Program-made: the position numbers and the translations under genes | In this document: positions 62,376-64,000 of the stretch, one piece after another | Layout of the letters: the number at the start of each line of letters is the position of its first letter | Position numbering within the stretch: the first letter of the stretch is position 1 | Source: an uncultured virus (IMG/VR IMGVR_UViG_3300013382_000010) | Lineage: Duplodnaviria; Heunggongvirae; Uroviricota; Caudoviricetes | Reading direction: 5' to 3' (one strand) | Length of the DNA: 64,000 nucleotides | Virus record (IMG/VR): IMGVR_UViG_3300013382_000010 | Notes under the pieces: generated by a model | Told to the model about the DNA's origin: nothing | Databases searched by the model: none | Seen by the model: only the letters and a program-made list of their open reading frames with translations

Positions 62376-63398
62376 TTATTTATTTATAGCTAAATATGAA
62401 TTATTACTTATATCAATAATTTTAGAATTTTCGTAAAATTCTTCCAAATTTTTGGCATTACAGTAACTCATTGCAGATTGTAGATAATCTTTCATATTAT
62501 CAGTCCACTGCTTTAAAGTATACTTTATTGGAAGATATTTAGCAATTCCTTCTGCAGTATGTTTCTTTTCACCAAAGAGGTCAATCTGACCCTGCTTCGA
62601 AGCCATACCATAGAATTTATGATAAATATCCCCATCTAGACATCTAGTATGTTTATATTTACCATCAGAAGTTTTATAATATATTTCATCTTTATTAGAT
62701 TCATAGCATTGAGAAAACAGACTTCCTATCATTACATAATTTGCCCCTAAAGCCAGTGCTTTAATTACATCGGAATAATTTCTAATTCCTCCATCAGCAA
62801 TTATTTTAATTTTATTTTTATTCTCTTTGGCATTCCAATTATATCTATAAAGAGTAGCATTATGAATTAGAGATGCCATAGGACAATGTATACCTGTGTT
62901 AGAAGAAGTAATGCATCCACTTCCACCACCTATTCCTAGTCTTATATAATCTACAGATCCCCATTTTACAATAGTATCAAGTAGATTTGGATTGGCAATA
63001 TTTCCTGTCATTATAACAAGTTTTGGATATTTCTCCTTTTTAGCATTAATGCAGTCATATAGATACATCATATGGCCATTAGCTACATCTACACAAACTT
63101 TACTAATTTTTGGAAATTCTGTTTCATTAAACTCTTCCAAAGACATTGCTACCCAATACCCTTTATTCATATACTTTATACGTACATCGTAAGGTATATT
63201 TCTTGGAAGGATAGGTGTAATATTGTTATTTATATAATCATTAAGATTCTCTTCCAATACTATACAACTCATAGGAGCTGTAAATATAGGTAAAGATTTA
63301 ATATTAAAATCAGTTAAATAAGGGTAACATTCTTCTCTATGATGAATATTAGAAAAATTTCTTGGAATTATTGAAACGTCATTATAACTTAAATACAT
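62376..63398 (-). CDS. IMP dehydrogenase / GMP reductase family protein (no CBS domains)
   Basis: PIFTAPM, VDVANGH, GNIA, GIGGGSGCIT, IADGGI, FYGMAS and AEG motifs. Confidence 0.92.
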   Translation of the reverse strand: MYLSYNDVSIIPRNFSNIHHREECYPYLTDFNIKSLPIFTAPMSCIVLEENLNDYINNNITPILPRNIPYDVRIKYMNKGYWVAMSLEEFNETEFPKISKVCVDVANGHMMYLYDCINAKKEKYPKLVIMTGNIANPNLLDTIVKWGSVDYIRLGIGGGSGCITSSNTGIHCPMASLIHNATLYRYNWNAKENKNKIKIIADGGIRNYSDVIKALALGANYVMIGSLFSQCYESNKDEIYYKTSDGKYKHTRCLDGDIYHKFYGMASKQGQIDLFGEKKHTAEGIAKYLPIKYTLKQWTDNMKDYLQSAMSYCNAKNLEEFYENSKIIDISNNSYLAINK

Positions 63399-63417
63399 AA
63401 TTATTGATGGATAAAAA

Positions 63418-63511
63418 ATTGATTTTAAGATACTTATTAATAAAAATTCAAGATTTAAATTTGATTATTGATAAAATACTTGTAATTAAAAATAAATATC
63501 TTAAAATCAAT
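63418..63511. repeat. Intergenic 21-bp inverted repeat with a 52-bp spacer
   Basis: ATTGATTTTAAGATACTTATT (63418-63438) and AATAAATATCTTAAAATCAAT (63491-63511), one mismatch. Confidence 0.85.
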
Positions 63512-63523
63512 CTTATAAATTAT

Positions 63524-64000
63524 TTAATTATATTCTATAAAATCAATTAATAACACTTTGTTATTAGAAGATAAATCATCTATATGAGATTGTAAAAACT
63601 TACGATTATAATGTTTAGCATAAAACTTAGTACCTAATAAATAAAGATACCAAGGAGCCGAAACACTTGCATGATGTTCTATAACTTCTGTTATGGTATT
63701 AGAATATTTTTTTATATCCCAATCCCAATAACATATAGCACAATCTATATTTAGATGATTCTCATCTTTTAATTTTGTTATAAAATCTGTAAATTTCTTA
63801 GTATACTCTTTCGTATTATCTACTTTATACCTCTCATCAAATATAAATCTATAATAAACATCTTTTTTCTTAAAGAGTTTAAACAGATCCGTACAGTCAT
63901 AGAGATACCCATAATCTATTCTATTATGACATAAATGCCATTGATTATCTATTAATCTTAGTCTTATATCAAAATATCTAACTCCCAAAGAATATTGTTC
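63524..64000 (-). CDS. PI-PLC X-domain-like phosphodiesterase (5' partial)
   Basis: EQYSLGVRYFDIRLR...WHLCH; frame is open to the window edge. Confidence 0.7.
   Translation of the reverse strand, partial: EQYSLGVRYFDIRLRLIDNQWHLCHNRIDYGYLYDCTDLFKLFKKKDVYYRFIFDERYKVDNTKEYTKKFTDFITKLKDENHLNIDCAICYWDWDIKKYSNTITEVIEHHASVSAPWYLYLLGTKFYAKHYNRKFLQSHIDDLSSNNKVLLIDFIEYN

Noticed and set aside
1..64000. Suppressor tRNA or other tRNA genes
   Set aside because: No cloverleaf with T-loop and D-loop signatures was seen in the few intergenic gaps; needs tRNAscan-SE on the full genome.

Overview
A 64-kb, AT-rich segment of a crAss-like (Crassvirales) bacteriophage genome, probably infecting a Bacteroidota host. 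The + strand (1-54186) is the virion/late module and uses an alternative genetic code (TAG read as a sense codon, most likely Gln, code 15), which is why the supplied ORF track is fragmented. With TAG read through, the fragments join into a tightly tiled gene array: the 3' end of the major capsid gene (split by two group I introns carrying GIY-YIG endonucleases), ring/adaptor, auxiliary capsid and tail proteins, cargo proteins sharing a repeated K-x-Q-x-G-G motif, a DUF192 protein, and four consecutive proteins (SF1-helicase-domain giant, virion RNA polymerase split by a LAGLIDADG group I intron inside its DYDID motif, zincin protease, PD-(D/E)XK nuclease-domain giant). These four show head-to-tail terminal cysteines at all three junctions. 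After convergent terminators, the - strand (54299-64000) carries small genes that read in the standard code: two metallophosphoesterases, an AAA ATPase, DUF3310, ThyX, IMPDH/GMP reductase and a PLC-like phosphodiesterase. Gene boundaries were derived by manual translation; the longest ORFs were checked at their ends and by the frame consistency of the supplied fragments, not at every codon.
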